Source: a virus
IMG/VR virus record: IMGVR_UViG_3300005573_000063
Span: 58,097-122,096 of that record
Reading direction: 5' to 3' (one strand)
DNA length: 64,000 bases
In this document: positions 1 to 9,758 of the stretch, piece after piece
Layout: each line of letters opens with the position of its first letter
Numbering within the stretch: the stretch's first letter is position 1
Program-made: the position numbers and the translations under genes
The notes under the pieces: model-generated
Seen by the model: only the letters and a program-made list of their open reading frames with translations
Told to the model about the DNA's origin: nothing
The model's database searches: none

Positions 1-2
1 CT

Positions 3-122
3 AAAACTTACTGGGGCCTTGGCTCCGCAGAACAAGTACTTTTCTACGAATCTCTAGGTATCAAGAATATTACAGGAGTAGTTCCTGCTGCAGTGTATGC
101 TCAGTACACAAGGACTGGTTAA
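3..122 (+). CDS. 3' end of a gene truncated by the window edge
   Basis: Open frame KTYWGLGSAEQ...AQYTRTG* ending 2 nt before the next ATG. Confidence 0.5.
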   Translation, partial: KTYWGLGSAEQVLFYESLGIKNITGVVPAAVYAQYTRTG

Positions 123-124
123 GT

Positions 125-616
125 ATGCAAATTGAAAAAAAGGTTCCTATTGCATGCCCTATTTGTGGCGGGGAGGGATGTAAGCCTTGTAATCAAAAGG
201 GAATTGTTTATGAGGTGACGAGTGAGATTTACTCTGAAGAAGAGTCAAATGCAATTCTTGTAGCTGATATAAATTCTATTAAAATGCTTCTTCAAGATCT
301 TCAATCTAGACTACAGAAGCTTGAAAGTGAACAAGGATATTCTTTTCCTAAGGGTGCCTCTCCTGGAATCTACAATCCTACATATCCTTATGTAACTTAT
401 GGTACTACTTATAGTAGTACACCAGTAACTCCAAGGCAAACTTATTCTACTACCACCTTTGCGGTATGTGAAGATGGATCGGGGAAGTTTTATAATATTG
501 GAGACAGTACTCAAGACTATACTCTATATTCTTCAAGTGATATAAATAAATGGGACGGCGACAAAAAGAGTCAAATACTAAGAGATAAAAAGAAAATGCT
601 AAAATCTGTAGCCTAG
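125..616 (+). CDS. hypothetical protein with N-terminal CxxC-CxxC zinc finger
   Basis: CPICGGEGCKPC motif (DnaJ-type zinc finger-like). Confidence 0.6.
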   Translation: MQIEKKVPIACPICGGEGCKPCNQKGIVYEVTSEIYSEEESNAILVADINSIKMLLQDLQSRLQKLESEQGYSFPKGASPGIYNPTYPYVTYGTTYSSTPVTPRQTYSTTTFAVCEDGSGKFYNIGDSTQDYTLYSSSDINKWDGDKKSQILRDKKKMLKSVA

Positions 617-643
617 TAACTTAAGCAAAATAGAATAATTTAT

Positions 644-674
644 AACAACCACCTCTCCTATAGGGGTGGTTGTT
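644..674 (+). terminator. stem-loop, probable terminator or regulatory hairpin
   Basis: AACAACCACCTCT / AGGGGTGGTTGTT inverted repeat in the intergenic gap before the RNR. Confidence 0.55.
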
Positions 675-698
675 CCAATCTAAGGGTAAAATATAAAA

Positions 699-2948
699 AT
701 GATTGATATTGACACATCTGTAGATGTAGAAGAGAATGTAGTTCGAGCTGGGGGAAAGGCTAGTTATACACGCAGGCCAGATCGTAAAAATCCAGAGAAG
801 ACATTCTTACCCGGAATTCACTTGTTTGCTGAGGAGCGTTATGAGGCTGGTGAAATCATAGAACGAGATGATGAATTTTATTTTCTTTCTTTTAGACTTT
901 CGGATAATTTTATAAAACCCTATAAAACAAAAACTCCCTCCTTTGGCTTTCCTATAGGAGGAGGAAATACTCTTGGAGAGTATGTATGGTTTACCAAATA
1001 CTCTCGTAAGAAGCTAGATGGAACTAAGGAAAGATTTTGGGAGGGATGTCGGCGTGTGATCGAAGGTATGTATTCCATTCAAAAAGATCATGCCTTTTAC
1101 TATCGTCTTCCATGGGATGAGAAGAAAGCTATTGTATCTGCTCAAGAAGCGTATGATCGTCTTTTCTCTTTCAAGTGGACGCCTCCTGGAAGAGGATTTT
1201 GGATGATGGGAACATTCTTAGTTAACGGCCTTAAGACATCTGCTCCTCTACAGAATTGTGCTATGTTATCCACTAAGATAAAAGACCCTCTAGATCCCGC
1301 TTTCCCATTTTATCGTTTAATGGAAATGGCTACCCTAGGTGTAGGAGTAGGATTTGATACATTAGGAGCAGGTCAAGTTACTTTGCATGCACCTTTAGAA
1401 GGAGAACATCAGAAAGTAGTGATTGATGATTCTCGTGAGGGATGGGCTGATTCCACTCGACTTTTATTGGAAAGTTATTTTTTGCCAGATAAGCCAGTTA
1501 TAGATTTTGATTACTCCGAGATTCGTCCGGCAGGTGCTCCTATCAAAAGATTTGGAGGTACTGCAGCTGGCCCAGAACCTTTGATTCAATTTCATGAAAG
1601 AGTGAGGAATCTTTTTAAAGACCGTAAGGGGGATCTACTTAGCACGTCAGATATTGTCGATATTCAAAATATGATTGGCAAATGTGTAGTAGCAGCAAAT
1701 GTGCGTAGTTCAGCTGAGATTGCGCTAGGAGATATCTCTGACTCAGAATTTCTTCACTTAAAGGATCCTTATTTGCACCCAGTACGCATGGGTTTTCAAG
1801 AAGGACCAAATGGAGGTCCCTTAACTGATGCGGATGGAAATTGGATTCCTACTGAACAAGGAGGCTGGGGTTATACGTCCAATAATTCCGTATTCGTAAA
1901 TGTGGGAGATGATTATTCAGCTCTTTCTGAAGGAATTGTTCTGAATGGAGAGCCTGGACTTGTCTGGCTTGATGTATCCAGAAAATATGGAAGATTAATT
2001 GACCCTCCTGATGGTCGAGACTATCGAGTAGCAGGTGTTAACCCTTGCGCAGAGATGCTACTCGAAAGTAGCGAATGTTGTACCTTAAGTGAAACCTATC
2101 CCACTAAGTGTGAAGATTTAGATGACTATTTGCGTACCCTTAAGTTTGCCTATTTGTATGGTAAAACTGTCACTCTTCTCCCTACTCACTGGCCTGAAAC
2201 TAATGAGGTTATGATTCGTAATAGACGTATTGGCCTATCTATGACTGGACTCGCTGAGTTTGTTGAGAATAAGGGATGGCATGAGCTGAAGAAATGGCAA
2301 GATGCGGGATATAGAGAAGTACGTAGGTGGGATAAAATATACTCAGAATGGTTAGGAATTAGAGAGTCCATCAAGGTAACAACTACAAAGCCGTCCGGAA
2401 GTGTAAGCTTGCTAGCTGGTGTCACACCAGGGTGTCATTGGCCGAAAGAAAGAGGATTTTATCTGCGTAGGGTAAGAGAGTCGGTTAATAATCCCATAGC
2501 CAAAGCTATGGAAGAAGCCGGGTACCATGTAGAGCCTAATCTTCAAAATCCTCAATTTGGAGTAGTTGTGACGTGTCCTACTGAGGGACCAGATATTCGC
2601 CCAGAGGCCGATGTATCTCTATGGGAGAAGGTGTCTCTAGCTGCTCAGACCCAAGAATGGTGGTCAGACAATTCAGTCTCGGTGACGGCTACATTTGACA
2701 TCGGAAAAGAGAGTGACCAGATAGGAGCAGTATTGCGCTCCTTTGATGGAAGGCTAAAGTCAATCTCTTTTCTAGGGACTTCAGGAGGAAATTATGCTCA
2801 GTTGCCTTATGAGAAGGTTCCTGTAGAAGAATGGAGTGCTCTCAGAAGCAGAGTACGTCCCCTCAACTGGGACCTCTTATATGCTAGTGATGCAGCAGAT
2901 GCAGAGGGGGAACGCTACTGTTCGAATGACTCTTGCACTTTGGAGTAG
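699..2948 (+). CDS. nrdJ: class II (adenosylcobalamin-dependent) ribonucleoside-triphosphate reductase
   Basis: TPPGRG, LQNC, GVGVGFD, DSREGW, NPCAE catalytic motif, RRIGLS, TTKPSGSVSLL, C-terminal YCSNDSC; monomeric RTPR type. Confidence 0.95.
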   Translation: MIDIDTSVDVEENVVRAGGKASYTRRPDRKNPEKTFLPGIHLFAEERYEAGEIIERDDEFYFLSFRLSDNFIKPYKTKTPSFGFPIGGGNTLGEYVWFTKYSRKKLDGTKERFWEGCRRVIEGMYSIQKDHAFYYRLPWDEKKAIVSAQEAYDRLFSFKWTPPGRGFWMMGTFLVNGLKTSAPLQNCAMLSTKIKDPLDPAFPFYRLMEMATLGVGVGFDTLGAGQVTLHAPLEGEHQKVVIDDSREGWADSTRLLLESYFLPDKPVIDFDYSEIRPAGAPIKRFGGTAAGPEPLIQFHERVRNLFKDRKGDLLSTSDIVDIQNMIGKCVVAANVRSSAEIALGDISDSEFLHLKDPYLHPVRMGFQEGPNGGPLTDADGNWIPTEQGGWGYTSNNSVFVNVGDDYSALSEGIVLNGEPGLVWLDVSRKYGRLIDPPDGRDYRVAGVNPCAEMLLESSECCTLSETYPTKCEDLDDYLRTLKFAYLYGKTVTLLPTHWPETNEVMIRNRRIGLSMTGLAEFVENKGWHELKKWQDAGYREVRRWDKIYSEWLGIRESIKVTTTKPSGSVSLLAGVTPGCHWPKERGFYLRRVRESVNNPIAKAMEEAGYHVEPNLQNPQFGVVVTCPTEGPDIRPEADVSLWEKVSLAAQTQEWWSDNSVSVTATFDIGKESDQIGAVLRSFDGRLKSISFLGTSGGNYAQLPYEKVPVEEWSALRSRVRPLNWDLLYASDAADAEGERYCSNDSCTLE

Positions 2949-2961
2949 AGTGTGGTAAGGT
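2933..2961 (+). promoter_or_regulatory. sigma70/SigA-type promoter
   Basis: TTGCAC-17 nt-TAAGGT with extended TG. Confidence 0.5.
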
Positions 2962-2967
2962 GAAGGG

Positions 2968-3144
2968 ATGGCGAAGAAGAGAAAAACCTTCAAACTAAAG
3001 ATTTCAACCCAGCGGGACCAGTGGATCGCCAACACTGGACACCCGTGGCCCAGAGCTGTTACAATACCCAACAAGCGTCTAAAAGCTCTTCGAGAGCTAG
3101 GACGTAAGAAGGTCAGCGAAAAAGAAATTTTGGACCTGACTTGA
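2968..3144 (+). CDS. small basic hypothetical protein (58 aa)
   Basis: MAKKRKTFKLKIST...EILDLT*, read directly from the sequence; follows a promoter. Confidence 0.55.
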   Translation: MAKKRKTFKLKISTQRDQWIANTGHPWPRAVTIPNKRLKALRELGRKKVSEKEILDLT

Positions 3145-3169
3145 CACCTACAGGAGACTGTGATAAGGT
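3141..3169 (+). promoter_or_regulatory. sigma70/SigA-type promoter
   Basis: TTGACA-17 nt-TAAGGT with extended TG, upstream of the AAA ATPase. Confidence 0.65.
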
Positions 3170-3223
3170 GTTGGAGAAGTGAAGAGCGGTTACCTACCAG
3201 ACAAATAACAAGGAGAAATAATA

Positions 3224-4333
3224 ATGGCGAATACGTTGCTGCCCAAGGCTGGGGAATACTGGAAGAATGGGTTCAATGTTCTTCTGATCGGTCCTCATGG
3301 AGTTGGCAAGACAGTGCTGGTGAAGGACCTTGCCAATGAGCAGGGTATCAATGTCAAGTATTTCAGCTGCTCGACACTTGAGCCTTTCACTCACTTCGTT
3401 GGAGTTCCTCACCCCTCAATTGATACTCTGGGGCGTGATACGATCAAGCTTCTACGTCCTCGTGACGTGGATGATGCCGAGATGCTATTCTTCGATGAGC
3501 TGAACCGTGCAGATGACACGGTGCTCAACGCTGTTCTGGAGATTGTCCAGTTCGGGACGATCAACGGAGAGCCTCTGCCTAAGCTGAGGTGTGTGTGGGC
3601 TGCTATCAACCCTCCTGAGGGCGAGTATCACGTTCACGAGCTGGACCCTGCTCTCGTAGACCGCTTCGATATTTACGAGGAGCTGAAGCCTAAGCCGAAT
3701 GCCAAGTACCTGGAGGGAAAGATTTGGGAGGCAGTTCAGAAGTCCGACTCTTCTACCACCTATGTCAGCACACAGGCAATTGCCAAGGCTCTGGTGCAGT
3801 GGTTCAATGAGCATGACTTTCCGAAGGATTCTCCTGAGAACTACGTTTCTCCTCGTAGGTTGGAAAAGATTGGGACAGTTATTGCTGTTCTACATAGTGC
3901 CGCTCAGGTGCGTAAGCTTTTGCCTCCTGGCAGTCAGCTCGATGCAGCTAAGCTGCAGGACATGCTCACCAAGGCTCTCAAGACCGAGGATGCGGTCCGA
4001 ATTGTCAATAATGAGGGGGCTGCAGTCTTTGGTCCCAACTCGACCATCACTTACAAGCCAGACTGGATCTTCAAGAACTTGGATACTGTGGTGGAGGCAT
4101 TCCAGAGCCCTGACTGTGCGGAAGAGACTCGCCAGCAAGTCGTGGACGCCATGGCTGGCGCTGGTGCTGAGCGTTGGTGTATCGTCATGGACCGCCTTCT
4201 GAGGGAGGGTTTGGACCCCAAGACTGTGGCTGCAGCCTACTTCAGCTTTCCTGACACAAAGCAGGATGAGGTTGGTCGCCTGGATATCGCCAAGGCTGAT
4301 AGTCCTCTGGACCAGGCCATCTGGAGCCTCTAA
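3224..4333 (+). CDS. MoxR-like AAA+ ATPase
   Basis: Walker A GPHGVGKT, Walker B LFFDELNRA, AAINP, LDPALVDRF; AGGAG RBS. Confidence 0.9.
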   Translation: MANTLLPKAGEYWKNGFNVLLIGPHGVGKTVLVKDLANEQGINVKYFSCSTLEPFTHFVGVPHPSIDTLGRDTIKLLRPRDVDDAEMLFFDELNRADDTVLNAVLEIVQFGTINGEPLPKLRCVWAAINPPEGEYHVHELDPALVDRFDIYEELKPKPNAKYLEGKIWEAVQKSDSSTTYVSTQAIAKALVQWFNEHDFPKDSPENYVSPRRLEKIGTVIAVLHSAAQVRKLLPPGSQLDAAKLQDMLTKALKTEDAVRIVNNEGAAVFGPNSTITYKPDWIFKNLDTVVEAFQSPDCAEETRQQVVDAMAGAGAERWCIVMDRLLREGLDPKTVAAAYFSFPDTKQDEVGRLDIAKADSPLDQAIWSL

Positions 4334-4477
4334 AATTTAACCTATGTAATTCATCTCAGGGTCAGAAAAGTAAACGGAGAATGGGAAAGTCTGCAGTCCG
4401 AGCAGACCAGATACCTCACCCGCCCTCAAATGTGCTATACTGAACGTGACGAGTTATCCGGAGAATAAGGAGAGAAA

Positions 4478-5980
4478 ATGGCTGATACTGACACCCACAG
4501 CAAGACCTGGGTTCTAACAGGTGAGGCGGTCCTTGGCTACCCATCCTACGGGATGACGGTGGCTGAGGTATTTTACTCTTTGCCTGAGAACTTCATGGAC
4601 GGGTCCTCCTCGCAGGGAGATGTCACCTTTGAAGAGGTGCAGAAGCAGATTGAGAAGCAGCTGGCGGCTATGCTTGAGGAAAATCCTGCAGAGCCTCCTC
4701 TCAAGTCTGTAGCTCAGGCATATAGAGAAGCGATTGACTGGCTCGATGAGAACTATGCGTACTTTCTTACGCACGTTCTTAATCTTGGAATACCCGTATC
4801 TAATCCTCATATGCCGACTGCTGCTGTCTTTTTCAACGACTTGACAAAGAAGTTGGAGTTTCATATCAACCCCGAGCTGACTCGGTTGGAGACGGAGGAG
4901 TTTGCATTCGTTTTGGCTCACGAGACGATGCATGTTAGGTTGCGTCACCTCGACGTGCTCAAGAGGTTTTATTCTCGGATTACGGATGAGGAAGAGAAGA
5001 TTAAGGAAGCAAATAAGGCCAACTGTGCAGCAGATGTCGTAATCAATGATTATCTGGAGGCTCGTGGCTTTACTCTTCCGGTTACCCCTCCCTCATCCAG
5101 TAGTGCAAATAGCGGTACATGCTCTATTTCTTTCCCGAGCCAGGAGGCTATGGAGAAGTTTCTTTCAGAGCATCCTGAGCTGTTCCAGCCTGGTGGAAAG
5201 CCTCGTGATGGTCAGGGCCAGGATGGTCAGGATCGAGCCAACAAGGCAGGCGGGGAGGCAACTAGTAAGTTTCCTTCTGACGCTGACAGCCTTGGTGGTC
5301 CCACCCAAACCTCTATCAGTTCTGGTGTGAGCTACGGATTCGGAACTACCAACGAGATTAGTGCCTGGAGTAAGGACACTGGGACTAGCTTGGAATGGGG
5401 TAAGCTTATGGCTCGTGTTAATCCCGAACTATTCTCTAAGTTCGGAATTGGAAAGCATCCTCGTAAGGACTTCCACACTCCTCACCGTGGGACTGCTTTC
5501 TTTCCGGAGGTTAATCTGCCTGTGAAGGCAGTCACTCACTCAGATAAGCTGCGTGAGACGGACAAGATTCCGTTCATCGTGTTGGCTCTGGATACCTCAG
5601 GTAGTTGTTCTCACCTAGTGGATAAGTTCATCACTCTTGCTAAGAGCATTCCCAAGAAGCGGGTTAAGCTGTGGGTATGTACCTTCTCTACTAATTACAT
5701 GGAGCTGGATTTGGACAATCCTCACTATCAGTGTGCTGGTACAGATTTTAGTGCCATTGAAAACTACATTCAATTCAAGATGACTTCTGAAAAGCGCAAG
5801 AAGTACCCGGACACTGTAGTGGTGGTCACGGATGGTGTCGGAGTTTTCTCCTCTTCTGCTCCTCCTGAGCAGCACTGGGGAAACTGGCACTGGCTCTTGG
5901 ATGAGGGCTACACTAATATCAGTGAGAATCGTCCAATTGGAAAAGATCAGATTTATCCACTCAGCGACTACATCAAGTAA
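4478..5980 (+). CDS. HExxH metallopeptidase-like plus vWA domain protein (MoxR partner)
   Basis: LAHETMH, N..AD..IND, MIDAS DTSGS, GTDF, VVTDG. Confidence 0.85.
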   Translation: MADTDTHSKTWVLTGEAVLGYPSYGMTVAEVFYSLPENFMDGSSSQGDVTFEEVQKQIEKQLAAMLEENPAEPPLKSVAQAYREAIDWLDENYAYFLTHVLNLGIPVSNPHMPTAAVFFNDLTKKLEFHINPELTRLETEEFAFVLAHETMHVRLRHLDVLKRFYSRITDEEEKIKEANKANCAADVVINDYLEARGFTLPVTPPSSSSANSGTCSISFPSQEAMEKFLSEHPELFQPGGKPRDGQGQDGQDRANKAGGEATSKFPSDADSLGGPTQTSISSGVSYGFGTTNEISAWSKDTGTSLEWGKLMARVNPELFSKFGIGKHPRKDFHTPHRGTAFFPEVNLPVKAVTHSDKLRETDKIPFIVLALDTSGSCSHLVDKFITLAKSIPKKRVKLWVCTFSTNYMELDLDNPHYQCAGTDFSAIENYIQFKMTSEKRKKYPDTVVVVTDGVGVFSSSAPPEQHWGNWHWLLDEGYTNISENRPIGKDQIYPLSDYIK

Positions 5981-5992
5981 GGAGAAAATATA

Positions 5993-6274
5993 GTGAGTAG
6001 GTACGATTTACCCAAGGGTTCTTCTTCTAGTACGAAGACTCTCTCTGGGCTCCAGACATTGATTTTGCTTGGAGTTATGCTGGGATGGTCGTTGTTGGTT
6101 ATCCTATTCTGGAGCTGGCTAATTATGCTAGCAGTGGGGATCTGGTATCCCTTGGCGTTCTACCCTGGCGCCTGTATTTTGGGATTGGGAGCATTTGTTA
6201 CTCTGCCGAATCCTCGCTTCATTAAGGGTATTGCTAGTGTTATCGCAAGTCTTTTCCCTGAGGTACAAAAGTAG
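5993..6274 (+). CDS. small membrane protein
   Basis: two long hydrophobic segments; AGGAG RBS. Confidence 0.65.
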   Translation: MSRYDLPKGSSSSTKTLSGLQTLILLGVMLGWSLLVILFWSWLIMLAVGIWYPLAFYPGACILGLGAFVTLPNPRFIKGIASVIASLFPEVQK

Positions 6275-6585
6275 TGAGAGTAACACGCTTTACAGCACAG
6301 CAACTATCTTCCCTCTATCGTTTTAGTCCGAAGATAGTTGCTGTGTTTTTTGATACCACTGTTTCAACACTGAGGAGACAGGAAAGAGAGGGGAGATTCA
6401 AAGACAATAAGGGAGAACCTCTTTTACCATTGCGGGTAAGTAATCAACGACAGTATTCGCTTGACCTTATGAGACAGATGGCGCATTCATTGCGTAGAGA
6501 AAATCTCCTAAGTAATTACCAATTAAAGGTTATCCTCAATAGGATAGATGCCTTTGCAATACCTGTTAGGAGAAAGAAGAAATGA
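6274..6585 (+). CDS. MerR-like HTH DNA-binding protein
   Basis: VAVFFDTTVSTLRRQEREG...NQRQYS pattern. Confidence 0.7.
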   Translation: MRVTRFTAQQLSSLYRFSPKIVAVFFDTTVSTLRRQEREGRFKDNKGEPLLPLRVSNQRQYSLDLMRQMAHSLRRENLLSNYQLKVILNRIDAFAIPVRRKKK

Positions 6586-7283
6586 ATCAGTTAAAGATTG
6601 CGGTATGTGGAAGTAATCCACCTGAAAATGAGGCTCTCGTTCTTGATATCTCTCAAAAAATACAGGATCTTCTAGATGTTGATCCCCACATAATAGGTGT
6701 ATCGCCTATTTTTTCCCCTAATTTATCTCATGATGAATATCAGCTAGATTCAGCCTATGACCGTAAATTGAGGTTTCAAGAATTGTCGGGTCAAGCGCCC
6801 GAGGTAGTTATCTCGGCAGGCTGTATGATTCAAGAGGTAGCCTACCAGAAGTCCCGAGTAGACATGCTGGGAAAGAAGCTTAATGCAGCTCTGACTATCC
6901 CAAATAGTCCTAGCCAGCAACAGGTGGAGGCAACAATGGCTGTTTCTGTCTTGCAGGTCCTTATTCAGCAAGCGATAAATGAACTATCCCAGGTATGGGA
7001 TTTTCTTTATATCCTTCCCCCATTAGGAGAATTGTCTTCAATACCTAATCTCAGTGAAGTTAACGATAATATTGAATGGTTTCTGAATTCCTTAGGAGGA
7101 TTGGACAATAAAATTCCAACATTCCCTCTTATTAAGAGGGTTCCAGAGAAGGGAAGGGGTAGGGAAAGGTTTATTCAGACGGAGGGAGATGTATGGACTC
7201 ATTTTGTAGAGGATCAGTCGGCCCCACTCCTTTCCACAAGCGGTTTGGTAATTCCTCATTCTTCTTCTACGAAGAATTCTTAA
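6582..7283 (+). CDS. hypothetical protein (possibly degenerate nucleotide-kinase fold)
   Basis: coupled ORF; N-terminal KIAVCGS strand without an intact P-loop. Confidence 0.5.
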   Translation: MNQLKIAVCGSNPPENEALVLDISQKIQDLLDVDPHIIGVSPIFSPNLSHDEYQLDSAYDRKLRFQELSGQAPEVVISAGCMIQEVAYQKSRVDMLGKKLNAALTIPNSPSQQQVEATMAVSVLQVLIQQAINELSQVWDFLYILPPLGELSSIPNLSEVNDNIEWFLNSLGGLDNKIPTFPLIKRVPEKGRGRERFIQTEGDVWTHFVEDQSAPLLSTSGLVIPHSSSTKNS

Positions 7284-7301
7284 AGAAAGATAGGTGTAAT
7301 A

Positions 7302-7697
7302 GTGAGTAATTCAGACAATGGAGTACGACCCCTCGCTCAAGAAGGAGATAGTATTTTTGAGCGTAATTTAGCCATTTTGGTAAAGAGAGGGCAAGAATTA
7401 AAGTTCTTTATGGGGAATGCATCCACCTTCACTGGCTTTGTGGTAGCATTGGACACAGAGTGGATTCAGGTAATCTCTTCGGTTAACAAGGAGGTTATCC
7501 TAGTTCATAAGAGGCATATTTCTTCTATTCAGCCCACAGGGAGATTACTAAGTGAATTTCCAAAGGATCGTTCTACGGTTCTAGAAACTAAGGTTTCCAA
7601 TTTTAGTGCAGTATGTTCTGGATTTTTACATTCTACAAATGTAGTACACCGAGAAGAGAGAGAAGTGCGAGGCACGCATGGAAATGAGTTGGGTTAA
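7302..7697 (+). CDS. hypothetical protein, possible Sm/LSm-like fold
   Basis: LKFFMGNASTFTGFVVALDTEWIQV...ILVHKRHISSI resembles Sm1/Sm2 motifs. Confidence 0.5.
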   Translation: MSNSDNGVRPLAQEGDSIFERNLAILVKRGQELKFFMGNASTFTGFVVALDTEWIQVISSVNKEVILVHKRHISSIQPTGRLLSEFPKDRSTVLETKVSNFSAVCSGFLHSTNVVHREEREVRGTHGNELG

Positions 7698-8487
7698 CAA
7701 TTATGTTCCTCTTAGGTTCAAGTTCATCTCGGAAGAAGATGGAGAATACTTAGAGCGTTCGGTGCCGGACTACAAGAAATTCGTAGCCTATGGTTGTCCT
7801 ACCTGTCGAGGAAAGGGAACCTTCCTCACTCCGAATGGCGAGGTAGAGTGTGATTGTGCAGAGCAGCTAATGCTCTATAAGCACTACACAAATGCCAACA
7901 TCGGACTTAATTACCAAAGGCTTTCATGGGAAGATTACACTGGTAGTGATGCTGCGAAGGCGGCTATGGTAGACTATCTAGATCACTACGATGGAATGCT
8001 TAATGAAGGATTTGGAGCCTTATTTACGGGAGGTCCCGGATTAGGAAAAACATTACTGAGTTCCTTAATAGGTAAGGAATTAGTGAAGTTGGGTTACACA
8101 GTTTTCTTTGCTACATTTGCCGAAATGACTACCCTCTTGACTAAGGGATGGGGAAATGAGGAAGCTCGTAGTTTCTTCGAGAAGAAGGTGGTACGCTCAG
8201 ACGTATTCATCTTGGATGATGTAGGAAAGGAATTGAGAACTAAGACTAATTTAGCTGAATCTACGTTCGACTACGTTCTGCGAAGTCGAGTGGCAAACTG
8301 TCGTCCTGTTTTTATTACCACTAATCTCACTCTTCCTGAAATGAGTCAAGGCTATGGTTCCGCATTATTCTCTCTGCTTCAGGAGAAGTCGTTGGTTGTA
8401 AATATCCAAGGAGAGGATTTTCGTAGAAAAGCAGGGGATGCAGCGCTGGAGTATGTGCGTAATGGCTACACAAGAGCAATTTCTTAG
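7678..8487 (+). CDS. dnaC: DnaC/IstB-like helicase loader
   Basis: CPTC...CDC zinc site, GGPGLGKT, FILDDVGKE, ITTNL, GEDFR. Confidence 0.88.
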   Translation: MEMSWVNNYVPLRFKFISEEDGEYLERSVPDYKKFVAYGCPTCRGKGTFLTPNGEVECDCAEQLMLYKHYTNANIGLNYQRLSWEDYTGSDAAKAAMVDYLDHYDGMLNEGFGALFTGGPGLGKTLLSSLIGKELVKLGYTVFFATFAEMTTLLTKGWGNEEARSFFEKKVVRSDVFILDDVGKELRTKTNLAESTFDYVLRSRVANCRPVFITTNLTLPEMSQGYGSALFSLLQEKSLVVNIQGEDFRRKAGDAALEYVRNGYTRAIS

Positions 8488-8498
8488 AAGGGGTTAGC

Positions 8499-9758
8499 GT
8501 GGATATTGAACGTTCATTTGTTAATTTATTTATAAATCCTGAAGCAATGATTAAAGTGTGGGATGACGGGGTAAGAAAGATTCATTTTGCAGACCCTTCA
8601 ATGGCAGAGATTTTTGAATGGTCTATGAACTATTTCACCGAGTCTCGCTTTAAGTTCTGTCCTACTAAGGAGGTTTTAGAGCACCAATTCCCGGCTATTC
8701 GAAATTGGTGGAGCGATGAAGAAATTCTGCCAGGCTACCTTATCTCGGAACTGTTGAAACGCTATAAAGTAAGAACTGTGCGAGATAAGATTCTCGCTCT
8801 AGCACCTCTTGTGGAAGCAGAGCCAGATAGAGCTATTTCTACTGGACTGTCGGACTTTGTTTCTGTGCAGCAGGATACTGTACCTCGAAATAGAGTAACT
8901 TCTTACGGACAAGGATTTAGTAATCGCATAGATCATTACATGGAGAATGTCTTAGGGAAGGTGAAAATAAGAGGAATTCCTACTCCATGGGATGCTCTCA
9001 CTGACCACACAAACGGGATAGAGAAGTCTGAGGTAGGCGTCTTAATTGGCTCTCCTAACTCAGGTAAGTCATGGATTCTAGCCTCCTTTGCTCTAGCAGC
9101 TGCTCAGTCAGGAGTGAAGACTTACTATGCCTCCTTGGAGAATGGTCGTCAGATGACCGATGAGCGTCTCGACTGCATTATGAGCGGTATCCCATTCTTC
9201 CGATATCACGCAGGATTACTCACTCCAGCGGAGACGAGTAGACTGAGAGATACGCAGGAAAAAATAGAGGCTCTAGGAGATTTCTTACGGGTTGATACTC
9301 CATCTAAAAGAGCAGATCGTACTGTGGCCGATATTTACACTGCAGCTAAGTATTGGGGCGCCGATATAGTAGTAGGGGATCAGCTTTCATGGATCACTCC
9401 CGTCTCCAATTTTGCAGCTAGCGCCTCTGAATCATTGGCTATGGGGGAGGTTATCTCCGATATTATGGTGGTGAGTCGAGAGATGCAAATAGCCTCTCTC
9501 TGGGGTGCTCAGTTCAACCGAGATGCCCGTAAGGGAGGGGGAGGGAAGCTGCATAACATCGGCCTTAGTCATAAGATTGAGGAGAATGTTGACTTTGCTT
9601 TCTCTATCTGGGCTGGCGAACAGCAGAAGGCATCTGAGGCATTAATCTTCGAAATCCTCAAGGGACGCCGTTTTCCTCATGGAAAATGGGTTCTGGACTT
9701 TCAGCTCCAGAACAAAACTAAAATAGGAATGGTTAGAGAATATTCCGATGAAAACTAG
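8499..9758 (+). CDS. dnaB: DnaB-like replicative helicase
   Basis: GSPNSGKS, SLEN, VVGDQL, AQFNR, KGR motifs. Confidence 0.9.
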   Translation: MDIERSFVNLFINPEAMIKVWDDGVRKIHFADPSMAEIFEWSMNYFTESRFKFCPTKEVLEHQFPAIRNWWSDEEILPGYLISELLKRYKVRTVRDKILALAPLVEAEPDRAISTGLSDFVSVQQDTVPRNRVTSYGQGFSNRIDHYMENVLGKVKIRGIPTPWDALTDHTNGIEKSEVGVLIGSPNSGKSWILASFALAAAQSGVKTYYASLENGRQMTDERLDCIMSGIPFFRYHAGLLTPAETSRLRDTQEKIEALGDFLRVDTPSKRADRTVADIYTAAKYWGADIVVGDQLSWITPVSNFAASASESLAMGEVISDIMVVSREMQIASLWGAQFNRDARKGGGGKLHNIGLSHKIEENVDFAFSIWAGEQQKASEALIFEILKGRRFPHGKWVLDFQLQNKTKIGMVREYSDEN

